From an uncultured Gemmatimonadota bacterium (GTDB lineage: Bacteria > SM23-81): a stretch of DNA of 22,379 nucleotides. The translations under genes and the position numbers were made by a program. The number at the start of each line of letters is the position of its first letter. Position 1 is the stretch's first letter. The notes under the pieces are model-generated. The model was not told where the DNA came from, searched no databases, and saw only the letters and a program-made list of their open reading frames with translations. The stretch spans positions 1 to 22,379 of the forward strand of contig CAZOYL010000033.1 of assembly GCA_964584035.1 (NCBI GenBank), written 5' to 3'. Below are positions 15,600 to 22,379 of the stretch, piece by piece.

Positions 15600-16679
15600 A
15601 TGGGCTCCTCAAAAGAGCTGCCCGAGAACATCGAGGTTGTGGGCAGCACCGAAATTCCCGAGCAGGCTCTGGGTACTTTCTTTGAGCAGATGTACCCCGA
15701 TCGAGCTGAATTTCTAAAAAGACACTGGAGGTGGCTGTATCGGATCGATGAATTCCCTGATCTGGAGCCGCCGCTGGTGGCCGTTCTCGATGATCGGGTC
15801 ATCGGGCACGTCGCTCAGATTCCCGTTTTTATCAGAAGAGGAGACCGGCAGGTGCTGGCCGCCTGGGGTGTGGACGGCGGGGTTCTGAATCGCTATCGGG
15901 GAAGCGGCATCGGCTGGAAGCTCATGGATCTGTGGAGCCGCAGATATTCCGTGGGCATGGGTTTTTGCACCGAAGCGCTGTTTCGAATTCTTCTCAAACA
16001 GGGCTGGAGCCCGCGAACGACCACCAATTATCTCCATCTGCCGCTCAAGCCGCACCATCACCCGAAGTTTCGAAGAAGGATTCCGGCCATTCCCGCTCAG
16101 CTGGGAGGGAAGGTATGGAATCTGGTGGAGCGTCTGATCATCACCCTGCGTACGGAGGGCTGGCAGCCATTGCGCCAGGTTTCGTTATCGTCCCAAAAGG
16201 TGGAACACTGGTCCATTTTACGTTACCCGGGGGGATGGAAGGCTCCTCTTCACGTGGCCCGCTCGGCCGATTTTCTGCTATGGAGATTGTTGAATTGCCC
16301 TTTCCGGGAACAGTATCAGATTCTTGAGATGGAGGATGCTTCTGTATCCGCCGTGGTGAGGCTTTTTCAGATCGGCGATCTGAAGCGGGCTCGCGTCATT
16401 TCCATCTCGGGTACAGCTTCAAGCAGGGCCACCATGTATCGATTCTTTGGCTCTCTCGCCTCTTGGGCGATGAAGCGCGATGTCGATATTCTCAGCATGG
16501 TCAGCAGCGACCCCGATGTCGTTCGGTGGGCTCATCGTTGGTTTCCGGTTCGGAGTCAGCTTCGCTTTGCCTGCATCTGCAACGATTTAGAAGGCGAGAA
16601 AATGATGCAGGGAGAAGATCATGTCTGGGAGCTGATGGACTATGATCTTGATTTTCTGATTGGCTTTCAGCGTTACTGA
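15600..16679 (+). CDS. GNAT-like acyltransferase (glycan-locus type), paralogue 1
   Basis: AGGAG RBS upstream. Acyl-CoA-binding-like motif VDGGVLNRYRGSGIGWKLM, preceded by VAVLDDRVIG. R...FL.WR motif in the second half. Collinear with the next gene. Confidence 0.7.
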   Translation: MGSSKELPENIEVVGSTEIPEQALGTFFEQMYPDRAEFLKRHWRWLYRIDEFPDLEPPLVAVLDDRVIGHVAQIPVFIRRGDRQVLAAWGVDGGVLNRYRGSGIGWKLMDLWSRRYSVGMGFCTEALFRILLKQGWSPRTTTNYLHLPLKPHHHPKFRRRIPAIPAQLGGKVWNLVERLIITLRTEGWQPLRQVSLSSQKVEHWSILRYPGGWKAPLHVARSADFLLWRLLNCPFREQYQILEMEDASVSAVVRLFQIGDLKRARVISISGTASSRATMYRFFGSLASWAMKRDVDILSMVSSDPDVVRWAHRWFPVRSQLRFACICNDLEGEKMMQGEDHVWELMDYDLDFLIGFQRY

Positions 16680-16780
16680 TCGCAGCCGTGCCGAAAAGAT
16701 GGCCGACCGGGGGATCAGGATGCCAGGCTGTTGGAGCGGCGCGATTTGAAACGGTGCGATATCCGGGGATCATCGTGAGC

Positions 16781-17851
16781 GTGATTGACCTTCCAGAATC
16801 TTCAAACAGAGTGACCATTCGGCGATCCACAGAGGTTCCGGAGCCGGCCCTGAAGTCTTTTTTCGCCGAGATGTTTCCTCAAAAATCGGATTCTCTGGCC
16901 CGTCATTGGCGGTGGATGTATCGCGTCGATGATGTTCCCCGGGTTCCGGCGCCCATGGTGGCCGTACTGGACGGGGAAGTGATCGGCCAGTATGCCCAGA
17001 TACCCGTGGAGATCGGAGACCAGGATGTCCGCACGCAGGCGGTCTGGGGAGTCGATTACGGAGTTCTGGATCGCTTCCGCCGATACGGAATCGGGTACCG
17101 GCTCATGGAGGCCTGGCTCAGCCAGCACCCCGTCCATATGGGATTTGCCACCCCGGCTTCGTATCGCATCGCCCTCAAGCAGGGCTGGAAACCCAGATTG
17201 ACCACCCATCTGCTGCAGCTGCCGCTCCGGCTGCAGCATCATGCCCGGTTCCAGCAGGGACCCTGGCGTATTCCGGCGGAGGTTCTGGGCCCCCTTTTGA
17301 ATCTGTTGGCCCGACTGGTGATCCGGCTGCGAACCCGTCGCTGGGCGACGCTTCGACCGGCGGCTCTGACGCCCGGGCATCTGGCGGGATGGTCCCGGCT
17401 GCGACATCCGGAGGAGCCGGAACGGTCCGTGTCTGTGCTCCGAACACCGGGATTTCTCCGCTGGCGGCTGCTGGACAATCCTTTTTACGATCAGTACCGC
17501 CTTGTGGACCTGCCGGGAAGCGAGCTCAGGGCCTTCATCAGAGTGATGGACGGTCGCCGGCGAAAGGTGGTTCGTATCCTCTCCATTTCGGGACATGCCG
17601 ACGGTCCGGAGGACATCGATCGTCTCTTGGGAAGCATCATTCGATGGTCGCTCGATCATCATATCGGTCTGGTTCAGATGGTTCACGGCGATACGGCCGT
17701 GATCGGGGTTGCCCGGCGATGGTTCCCCCAGCGAAGCGTCCTGCGGCACGTTTATTATTGCAACGATCCCGAGGGCCAACGGCTGCTGGACGACCGGCCC
17801 CATCTGTGGGAGATGCTGGACAGCGATTTTGACTATGCCGAAGCCGGGTAA
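16781..17851 (+). CDS. GNAT-like acyltransferase, paralogue 2
   Basis: Start uncertain (GTG 16688, 16775 or 16781); alignment with paralogue 1 favours about 16781. Motifs: VAVLDGEVIG, VDYGVLDRFRRYGIGYRLM, RTPGFLRWRLL, HLWEMLDSDFD. Confidence 0.7.
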   Translation: MIDLPESSNRVTIRRSTEVPEPALKSFFAEMFPQKSDSLARHWRWMYRVDDVPRVPAPMVAVLDGEVIGQYAQIPVEIGDQDVRTQAVWGVDYGVLDRFRRYGIGYRLMEAWLSQHPVHMGFATPASYRIALKQGWKPRLTTHLLQLPLRLQHHARFQQGPWRIPAEVLGPLLNLLARLVIRLRTRRWATLRPAALTPGHLAGWSRLRHPEEPERSVSVLRTPGFLRWRLLDNPFYDQYRLVDLPGSELRAFIRVMDGRRRKVVRILSISGHADGPEDIDRLLGSIIRWSLDHHIGLVQMVHGDTAVIGVARRWFPQRSVLRHVYYCNDPEGQRLLDDRPHLWEMLDSDFDYAEAG

Positions 17852-17885
17852 ACCGCGGCTGAAGGTCTCTCTCGAGGATGCCAGA

Positions 17886-17910
17886 AAGGCTCTCGCGAAT
17901 TGAGAGTTTT
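17886..17910 (+). terminator. Weak stem-loop with short T tract (possible terminator or processing site)
   Basis: AAGGCTCTCG-CGAAT-TGAGAGTTTT is an imperfect stem with several G-U pairs and only T4, in the 67-nt gap before the next gene. Confidence 0.2.
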
Positions 17911-17918
17911 CAAAGGAT

Positions 17919-19121
17919 ATGTCGCGATTCTATCAGGGCTTAAAGCAGATCTATATCCTCCGCCGGCCGGCTCATGCCAGGGTTCTGTTCCGGGATTGGT
18001 GGGGACGGCCGGGCCGGATCGCTGACGATCAGAAGCATCTTGCCGCGGCCTTGAACTGGCTATCCCGGGCGCAGGATGTCACCGGCAGCGGAGGGGTCTC
18101 GGCCGGATATCACCTGGCCGGGGGATGGAAACCGGCCTTCCCGGAGACCACCGGGTATATTATTCCCACCTTCCTGTCTGCCGACGGGCTCGCCGGCCGA
18201 CACGACGGCCGCCAACGGGCCGTGAAGATGGGGGACTGGGAGATCGAGGTTCAGCTGCCGTCCGGGGCGGTCCGCGGGGGCGTCGGTCTGAACGAGGCTC
18301 CGCTGGTGTTTGACACCGGCCAGGTCATCCTGGGATGGGTGGCCCTCTATCGGGCCACCGGATCGGACCGCTATCGGCAGGCGGCCGTCAGGGCGGCCGA
18401 TTGGCTGGTGGACATCCAGGACCAGGACGGCGGCTGGTCACGGCATACCTTTCAGGGATTGGCCCGGGTCTATCATGCCCGAGTCGCCTGGGCCGTCTTG
18501 AGCCTCTATGATCAGACCGGCCAGGAACGCTATCGCCGCTGCGGACAGCACCATATGGAATGGGTTCTGTCCCAGGCCACCGAGAAGGCTTGGTTTCGGC
18601 GAATGAGCTTCGATGAGACATCCGCGCCTTTGACCCATACCATCGCCTATACCCTGAGAGGCCTGTGGGAATGTGCCCGGATACTGAAAGATGACCCCGT
18701 GCCCCGGCTGGTCATCCGCGCCTGCCATCAGATCATCGACAGGTACCGTCTGGCCGAGCCGGGACGTTTGCCGAACGGCCCGGCCTATCTGCCGGCCACG
18801 CTGGATGAGAGCTGGGGTTCCGGTGACCGCTATTCCTGCCTGACGGGGAACGTTCAACTGGCCCTGCTGTGGTTGAAGCTGTATCGGGAACAAGGTGATG
18901 ACCGTTTCCGTCGGGCCGCCCGGCGCCTGATCGACGGCGTCAAGGCGGCGCAGATCTTATCTTCCGGAAACGGAGGTATTCTGGGCGCTGTTCCGGGCTC
19001 CCGCCCGCACTGGGGCGGTTATCTGACCTATACCTATCCGAACTGGGCGGCGAAATTTTTCGCCGATGCCCTGCTGTTGCAGATGGAGATCGATCGATCA
19101 GATGGGGAGATATCTTCATGA
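17919..19121 (+). CDS. Hypothetical protein with probable (alpha/alpha)-toroid fold (six-hairpin glycosidase / prenyltransferase-squalene-cyclase repeat-like)
   Basis: AAAGGA RBS. Repeated helix-W-L-x2-Q-x2-4-G-G units (LNWLSRAQD..GSGG, DWEIEVQLPSGA, DWLVDIQDQDGGW). Conserved-looking blocks PETTGYIIPT, FDTGQV, THTIAY, CLTGNVQ, YPNWAAKFFADAL. No signal peptide. Confidence 0.65.
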   Translation: MSRFYQGLKQIYILRRPAHARVLFRDWWGRPGRIADDQKHLAAALNWLSRAQDVTGSGGVSAGYHLAGGWKPAFPETTGYIIPTFLSADGLAGRHDGRQRAVKMGDWEIEVQLPSGAVRGGVGLNEAPLVFDTGQVILGWVALYRATGSDRYRQAAVRAADWLVDIQDQDGGWSRHTFQGLARVYHARVAWAVLSLYDQTGQERYRRCGQHHMEWVLSQATEKAWFRRMSFDETSAPLTHTIAYTLRGLWECARILKDDPVPRLVIRACHQIIDRYRLAEPGRLPNGPAYLPATLDESWGSGDRYSCLTGNVQLALLWLKLYREQGDDRFRRAARRLIDGVKAAQILSSGNGGILGAVPGSRPHWGGYLTYTYPNWAAKFFADALLLQMEIDRSDGEISS

Positions 19122-20227
19122 CATCAGTTACCGCCAGGATCGCCATCATACTGGGCACTCGTCCGGAGATCATCAAGATGTCGCCCGTGATCCGGGAGTG
19201 CCAGCGCCGAGAACTGGACTTCGTACTGGTCCACACCGAGCAGCATCATAAATACGAGATGGACCGGGTTTTTTTCGAGGACCTGGTGTTGCCGGAACCG
19301 CAATATCGTCTGGGTATCGGACAGGGCACTCACGGTGCCCAGACCGGCCGGCTGCTGAAGAGCATCGAAAAGGTTCTCCTGGGGCAGGCCCCCGATGTGG
19401 TCCTGGTGCAGGGGGATACCAATACCGTCCTGGCCGGTGCTCTGGCCGCGGCCAAACTGCACATCCCCGTAGGACACGTCGAGGCCGGTCTGCGCAGTTA
19501 CGATCAGCGGATGCCGGAAGAGCTCAACCGTGTTCTGGCCGACCATGCCGCCGATCTGCTGTTCGCTCCCACCGAACAGACCAGGAACATTCTCCTGGGC
19601 GAGGGGATCGATGCGGACAAGGTCCATGTGACCGGGAACACCATCGTGGATGCCGTTCAACAGAATCTGGCCATCGCCCAGTTACGTGGCCAGCCGCTGA
19701 CCGCTCACGGCCTGACGGCCAAATCCTATATCGTGATGACGGCCCACCGGCCGGAGAATGTCGATCACGGAGAGAATTTACGGTCGCTGCTGGCGGCGGC
19801 GGCCGGCGTTCGCCGGTCAACCGGCCTGCCGGTCATCTATCCGCTGCATCCCCGGACGGAGAGCAAGCTGAAACAGTTCGGCCTGCCGGTCCCGGAGGAG
19901 ATCCGGGTCATCGAGCCGCTTGGTTTTCTCGATTTTCTACAGCTGGAGGCGCAGGCGGCTCTGATTTTGACCGATTCCGGCGGCGTGCAGGAGGAGGCCT
20001 GTATTCTTCAGGTGCCCTGTGTGACCCTGCGGGACAGCACCGAGCGTCCCGAGACGGTGGCCGTGGGGGCCAATGTGGTGGCCGGCATTCTGCCCCAGGG
20101 GGTCCTCCGGAGTGTCCGGGATATGCTCAGCAAGGACGGCGGCTGGCCCAATCCCTTCGGCGACGGGCACAGCGCCGGGCGTATCGTCGATATCGTTGTC
20201 CGCTCAGCCCCGGGGAATACGCCGTGA
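19118..20227 (+). CDS. wecB: UDP-N-acetylglucosamine 2-epimerase (non-hydrolysing)
   Basis: ATGA overlap with the upstream stop. Motifs: GTRPEIIK, VQGDTNT, HVEAGLRS, MPEELNR, TGNTIVD, TAHRPEN, HPRT, TDSGGVQEEA, TERPE, NPFGDG. Confidence 0.93.
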   Translation: MTSVTARIAIILGTRPEIIKMSPVIRECQRRELDFVLVHTEQHHKYEMDRVFFEDLVLPEPQYRLGIGQGTHGAQTGRLLKSIEKVLLGQAPDVVLVQGDTNTVLAGALAAAKLHIPVGHVEAGLRSYDQRMPEELNRVLADHAADLLFAPTEQTRNILLGEGIDADKVHVTGNTIVDAVQQNLAIAQLRGQPLTAHGLTAKSYIVMTAHRPENVDHGENLRSLLAAAAGVRRSTGLPVIYPLHPRTESKLKQFGLPVPEEIRVIEPLGFLDFLQLEAQAALILTDSGGVQEEACILQVPCVTLRDSTERPETVAVGANVVAGILPQGVLRSVRDMLSKDGGWPNPFGDGHSAGRIVDIVVRSAPGNTP

Positions 20228-21351
20228 GGATTCTATTCGTTTCACGAACGCGCTCGGACAAGAAGAATGCCCTCAATCATCGGCTGATGATGCTGGCCCG
20301 GGGGCTGGAGCAGTTGGGCCATCAGGCTGACTCGCTGTACCTGGGCGATCACCTGCGGACCAACCCGCCCATACTCAGCCCGGTGGGCTTTGCCCGCCTG
20401 CTGCCGCGATGCCGCGGCTACGATGTCATCCACGCCGGAACCGCATTCGGCGGGTTTGCCCTGTGTCTGTATAAGCGGCATCTGCAGGCGCCGCTGATCC
20501 ATGATATGCACGGCGACGGCACCGGCGAGATGCTGATGAAACTGCATTTCGAGAATCACAAGCTGAAAAGCGCCTTCTGGGTTGTCCAGAATTCACTGAT
20601 GGAGGAGGTGACCATTCACCGGGCCGATTACCATCTGGTGGTCTCCGGGCCGCTGCGTCAATTGCTCCTCCGTCACGGCGTGCCCCGCAGCAGGACGCTG
20701 CTGGTGCGAAACGGAGTGGATGTGCAGGCATTCAGGCCCCTTGGCCGGCGGCCCGGCGGTCCCTTCACCGTCTGTTATGCCGGGGATTTTCAGGTCTGGC
20801 AGGGCGTGGACCTGCTCCTGGAAGCGCTTCGGCGGCTGCCGGAATTGGATATCCGGTTTACTTTTATAGGGTTTCGATCGACACCCGGGGACCAGGCCTG
20901 GAAGCAGCGTCTGAACCGGCTTCTGGGATCGCGGGCCCGGCTGATCGATCGCCTGCCCCGGGAGGATCTCATCTCGCGGCTCCGGGAAGCCGACCTGCTG
21001 ATTCTGCCCCGGCCCTATCACCGGGCCACGGCGGTGGCCATGCCGACCAAGTTCGCCGAATACCTGGCTCTGGGCAAGGCGGTTCTGGTCACCGAGGTGG
21101 ACGAGACAGCCCAATTCGTCCGGCGGCAGCGCTGCGGTCTGGTCTGCCCGCCCACCGCCGCGGGTTTGGCCCAGGGCATCGTTCAGGCTCATCGGACCGG
21201 GCGGGCGCAGCTGGAGGCGATGGGCGGCCGGGGTCGTAAGTTAGCCGAGGAAGCCTTTTCCTGGGACATCATCTGCCGCCGCTACGATCAATTTCTCCGC
21301 AGGATATCGAATCCGATGCAGACATCGTTCATGAACAGTTCACTTTCCTGA
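20224..21351 (+). CDS. Glycosyltransferase family 4 (GT-B fold)
   Basis: GTGA overlap. Motifs: MRILFVS, VVSGPLRQ, VRNGVD...F, YAGDFQVWQGVDLL, ADLLILP, PTKFAEYLALGKAV, FSWD. Confidence 0.88.
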   Translation: MRILFVSRTRSDKKNALNHRLMMLARGLEQLGHQADSLYLGDHLRTNPPILSPVGFARLLPRCRGYDVIHAGTAFGGFALCLYKRHLQAPLIHDMHGDGTGEMLMKLHFENHKLKSAFWVVQNSLMEEVTIHRADYHLVVSGPLRQLLLRHGVPRSRTLLVRNGVDVQAFRPLGRRPGGPFTVCYAGDFQVWQGVDLLLEALRRLPELDIRFTFIGFRSTPGDQAWKQRLNRLLGSRARLIDRLPREDLISRLREADLLILPRPYHRATAVAMPTKFAEYLALGKAVLVTEVDETAQFVRRQRCGLVCPPTAAGLAQGIVQAHRTGRAQLEAMGGRGRKLAEEAFSWDIICRRYDQFLRRISNPMQTSFMNSSLS

Positions 21352-21365
21352 AAGGAGGCGACTCT

Positions 21366-22379
21366 GTGGCCACCGACAAGAAGGTGCTCGTCATCGGCCT
21401 GGATTGTGCCACGCCGCAGCTGGTGTTCGACCGCTGGCTCGATGACTTGCCCAATATCAAGTCCCTGGTGAAGAAAGGAATCTTCGGAAAACTGGAAAGT
21501 ACTATTCCGCCCATTACGGTGCCGGCCTGGAGCTCCATGATGTCCAGTAAAAGCCCGGGAGTTCTGGGATTTTACGGATTCCGTAACCGCAAGAACTATA
21601 CCTATGATGAGATGTACTTCGCCACCTCGGCGGCGGTCAAGGAGGACCGCGTCTGGGACATCCTGTCCCGGGCCGGAAAGAGAAATATCGTCGTGGGTGT
21701 GCCCCAGACCTATCCGCCGCGCCCCCTGAACGGATTGATGATCTCCGGATTTTTAGCTCCGGACACCGAATCGGCGTACACCTATCCGGCTGAATTGAAG
21801 GATGAGATCAAAGAGGCGGCCGGTGACTTCATCCTCGATGTCAAGAAATTCCGCACCGAGGACAAGGATTTTCTCATCGAGCAGATCTATGAGATGACGG
21901 CCAATCGCTTCCAGGTGGTCGGCCACCTCATGGACCAACACGATTGGGACTTCTTCATGTTCGTCGAGATGGGCATCGACCGCATTCATCACGGCCTGTG
22001 GAAATATTTCGACGAAGGCCATAGGAAGTTCGAACCCGACTCGCCCTATCGTGGTGTTCTGAAAAAATACTACCAGTACGTGGACGAACAGGTCGGCCGG
22101 ATCATTGCCCGGACGGATGATGACACAGTCGTTTTGATCGTCTCCGATCACGGCGCCCAGCGCATGGACGGCGGCATCTGTCTCAACGAATGGCTTGTCC
22201 GGGAGGGATATCTGAAGCTCAAGTCCATGCCCCGGGAGATCACCCAGCTGAAGAACGATAACATCGACTGGTCGGGCACCCGGGCCTGGGGATCGGGAGG
22301 GTATTACGGCCGTCTGTTCATGAACGTCAAGGGCCGCGAGCCTCAGGGCATTATCGAGCCGGCTGATTACCAGAAAACT
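21366..22379 (+). CDS. Alkaline-phosphatase-superfamily protein (NPP/phosphodiesterase-like), runs off window end
   Basis: Absent from the ORF track because it has no stop. AAAGGAGG RBS at 21351-21358 and GTG 21366. Manual translation: MATDKKVLVIGLDCATPQLVFDRWLDDLPNI...LESTIPPITVPAWSSMMSSKSPGVLGFYGFRNR...VPQTYPP...EMGIDRIHHGLW...VSDHGAQ...LNEWL...GGYYGRLFMNVKGREPQG. Open for 338 codons. Confidence 0.9.
   Translation, partial: MATDKKVLVIGLDCATPQLVFDRWLDDLPNIKSLVKKGIFGKLESTIPPITVPAWSSMMSSKSPGVLGFYGFRNRKNYTYDEMYFATSAAVKEDRVWDILSRAGKRNIVVGVPQTYPPRPLNGLMISGFLAPDTESAYTYPAELKDEIKEAAGDFILDVKKFRTEDKDFLIEQIYEMTANRFQVVGHLMDQHDWDFFMFVEMGIDRIHHGLWKYFDEGHRKFEPDSPYRGVLKKYYQYVDEQVGRIIARTDDDTVVLIVSDHGAQRMDGGICLNEWLVREGYLKLKSMPREITQLKNDNIDWSGTRAWGSGGYYGRLFMNVKGREPQGIIEPADYQKT

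Noticed and set aside
16802..17803. 333-aa antisense ORF (similarly 220-1080 and 10524-11231)
   Set aside because: Antisense to motif-bearing genes, with no family signal.

Overview
A GC-rich bacterial window filled by one co-directional (+ strand), tightly packed cell-surface glycan biosynthesis and modification locus of 20 CDS, two truncated by the window edges. In order: two alkaline-phosphatase-superfamily (NPP/phosphodiesterase-like) proteins, an RmlD-like reductase, two extended-SDR NDP-sugar enzymes, an ATP-grasp ligase, a lysylphosphatidylglycerol-synthase-TM (flippase-like) protein, a long KamA-family radical SAM enzyme, a DegT-family aminotransferase, a polyprenyl-phosphate GT2, an ArnT/PMT-like GT-C transferase, a BNR beta-propeller lipoprotein, sulfate adenylyltransferase (sat), a polysaccharide deacetylase, two tandem GNAT-like paralogues, an (alpha/alpha)-toroid hypothetical protein, wecB, a GT4, and a third AlkP-superfamily gene missed by the ORF track. 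The main observation is that the KamA homologue appears, by eye alignment, to carry Lys/Asn where lysine 2,3-aminomutase has Asp293/Asp330, the signature of glutamate 2,3-aminomutase. It sits inside an Arn-like module (dehydratase, aminotransferase, ATP-grasp, GT2, flippase-like protein, GT-C), which suggests a pathway adding a beta-aminoacylated (possibly beta-glutamyl) amino sugar to a surface acceptor. A second candidate system is sat with three non-formylglycine AlkP-superfamily enzymes, a possible non-canonical glycan sulfation route. Both pathways are inferences. No RNA genes, mobile elements or CRISPR arrays were seen.
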